Source: Telmatocola sphagniphila
GTDB taxonomy: Bacteria; Planctomycetota; Planctomycetia; Gemmatales; Gemmataceae
Assembly (NCBI RefSeq): GCF_018398935.1
Contig: NZ_CP074694.1
Span: 1,560,001-1,592,000 of the forward strand
Reading direction: 5' to 3'
DNA length: 32,000 nt
Below the pieces are notes generated by a model. That model was not told the DNA's origin. It searched no databases and saw nothing but the letters and a program-made list of their open reading frames with translations. The number at the start of each line of letters is the position of its first letter. The stretch's first letter is position 1. This document shows positions 30,653-32,000 of this stretch, piece by piece. The translations under genes were made by a program, and so were the position numbers.

Positions 30653-32000
30653 TGGAGCAAATCAAGTCAACGCGATTAGCGTACTTCCGCTCGAGAGACC
30701 TCATGCGATATGCGATTCTTACGATTTTCGTCGCTGGTGCTTTTCTAACTTGTGGTCTCGATCAGGCCATCGCGCAGACTTATACCTGGAATGGAGGCGG
30801 AGCCGATTCCAACTGGTCGACAAGCGGAAACTGGTCCTCGCCCCCTCCGGTCGGTGGTTCCAGTTCCACTGCGATTGTGCTCAATGGCACCACTCGAACA
30901 ACGACCAACCAGGATTTAGGGAATCCTTTTCTTCTGAATTCACTGGCACTGAATACCGATGGGTCAGCCACGAGCGGGTTTGTTATCACGGGAGGACAGT
31001 TGCAGTTCACCGGTGCTGGAGCGAATATCACTGTCAACACCAATGGACCTTCGCAACCGGGCAATCCGCTCGTGATCCGATCCGCGCTAGACATTAGTAG
31101 CAATGCTTTGAGCATTAGCCTTCCCAGTGCTTCCGGCGATATTAACAATCCGTACGAGGCATTACTCAGTGGGGCTTTGACCGGGACGGGGACAATCACA
31201 CAGAATGGATCGGCCATTGGATCCAATTTTGTCTTGGCGGGGCACAATTCGGCGTTCGCTGGAACTTATACAGTTACGGGAACGAGTACTCTGGTGATTG
31301 GTGCGAACGACGCTCTGAATCGCCAAAGCATTGTAAATTTGAATTCCTCCTTGGGTGGCTTAACCACACTGACTCTCACCAGCACCTTAGCCGGAACATC
31401 CAACACGGCGTACAGTCTTGCCATTGGAAGCTTAAGCGGCACCAGCGGCGGCTCCTCACTGGCGCTGGGCGATGCTACTAATTTTTCCACATTGCTCACG
31501 GGATTTAACAACGACTCCAACGATATCTATGCCGGAACGATCTCTATGTCGGGTTCCGGCTCGCACTTCGGTAAAGTGGGTACCGGAACTCAGACTCTAA
31601 GTGCTTCCAGTACGAATACTCAGGGCTCGATTTCTGTCCGAGATGGCAGTTTGATTCTTTCGGGTTCGGGCAATCTCGGTTCGACCTCCACTTCCCCTGT
31701 CAATTCCCTGTCCATCAGCATTTATTCCGGCGCGAGTTCCACCCCCGCCGAACTGCGAACGGTAACCGGCACGTCCACGAACAGTCGAATCCAGAATAAC
31801 GCCGCCATCAACATAGGCGGGGGATTATTTCATATTAACGCCAGCGGATTGGGAACCTCCGCGACCGGCTACGTGGAAATCGTCGGGGGATTGACCCTAC
31901 TCTCCGGTCAATCCACAATTCAAGTCGACGCCTCGACCAACAGTGGTGCCGGGCTGCAATTTTCCTCGTATTCCGCCGGTACCAACGAGGGAACGGTATT
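30652..32000 (+). CDS. Autotransporter-associated beta-strand (PATR) repeat surface protein, partial (continues beyond the window)
   Basis: Absent from the track because it has no stop. The frame from ATG 30652 (or ATG 30703, MRYAILTIFVAGAFLTCGLDQAIAQ) stays open to base 32000. YTWNGGGADSNWSTSGNWS is followed by repeated G-x-G-T-L/T-rich segments (GTGTITQNGS..., GKVGTGTQTLSASSTNTQGSISVRDGSLILSG), the PATR style common in planctomycete and verrucomicrobial giant surface proteins. Confidence 0.8.
   Translation, partial: MEQIKSTRLAYFRSRDLMRYAILTIFVAGAFLTCGLDQAIAQTYTWNGGGADSNWSTSGNWSSPPPVGGSSSTAIVLNGTTRTTTNQDLGNPFLLNSLALNTDGSATSGFVITGGQLQFTGAGANITVNTNGPSQPGNPLVIRSALDISSNALSISLPSASGDINNPYEALLSGALTGTGTITQNGSAIGSNFVLAGHNSAFAGTYTVTGTSTLVIGANDALNRQSIVNLNSSLGGLTTLTLTSTLAGTSNTAYSLAIGSLSGTSGGSSLALGDATNFSTLLTGFNNDSNDIYAGTISMSGSGSHFGKVGTGTQTLSASSTNTQGSISVRDGSLILSGSGNLGSTSTSPVNSLSISIYSGASSTPAELRTVTGTSTNSRIQNNAAINIGGGLFHINASGLGTSATGYVEIVGGLTLLSGQSTIQVDASTNSGAGLQFSSYSAGTNEGTV

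Noticed and set aside
30624-31520. Track ORFs 30624-31097 (+), 30780-31247 (-) and 31266-31520 (-)
   Set aside because: The real coding frame is the plus-strand frame from 30652. It is open to the window end and carries PATR-type repeats and a signal peptide. The listed ORFs are off-frame or antisense products of this Gly/Thr/Ser-rich gene.
1-32000. Search for tRNA/rRNA genes, CRISPR repeats, transposase or integrase genes, toxin-antitoxin pairs and known defence-system signatures
   Set aside because: None of the intergenic regions shows cloverleaf-like or rRNA-like sequence or regularly spaced direct repeats. No ORF carries DDE, tyrosine-recombinase, reverse-transcriptase, nuclease or NTPase defence motifs that I can recognise by eye. 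A profile search would be needed to exclude remote homologues.

Overview
Moderate-GC chromosomal window. Its gene content suggests a PVC-superphylum genome, probably a planctomycete. This is inferred from a PATR-repeat surface protein, a split beta-propeller dehydrogenase / CxxCH cytochrome pair, a Hanks-type kinase and frequent TTG/GTG starts. I support 20 protein-coding genes. Two are cut by the window edges and are missing from the ORF track (1-1212 minus, 30652-32000 plus). I found no rRNA, tRNA, CRISPR array, IS element or prophage signal. Layout: (i) 1-2884, two tandem paralogous TolC-family outer-membrane proteins. (ii) 3118-4266, a DUF202 membrane protein and a zinc-ribbon membrane protein. 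(iii) 4604-8707, a polysaccharide module: a WcaI/WbuB-like glycosyltransferase and a Wzc-type tyrosine autokinase with an unusually regular alternating Tyr tail. (iv) 9074-12911, a beta-propeller dehydrogenase-like protein overlapping a five-heme c-type cytochrome. (v) 13302-22044, a six-gene chemosensory operon: Ser/Thr kinase fused to two receivers, CheA, CheW, soluble triple-PAS MCP, CheB, CheR. It has no stand-alone CheY. (vi) 22050-25563, an exact sigma-54 promoter driving a small Fis/NtrC-tail-like HTH protein and a 1008-aa secreted DUF2341-LamG-SASA esterase. (vii) 25960-32000, a secreted thioredoxin-fold protein, two GT4 glycosyltransferases, a small coiled-coil protein and a PATR-repeat surface protein. 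The best candidate for an undescribed system is the Che array whose only CheY-like output domain sits on a eukaryotic-like Ser/Thr kinase. All functional calls come from motifs read by eye; no database search was possible.
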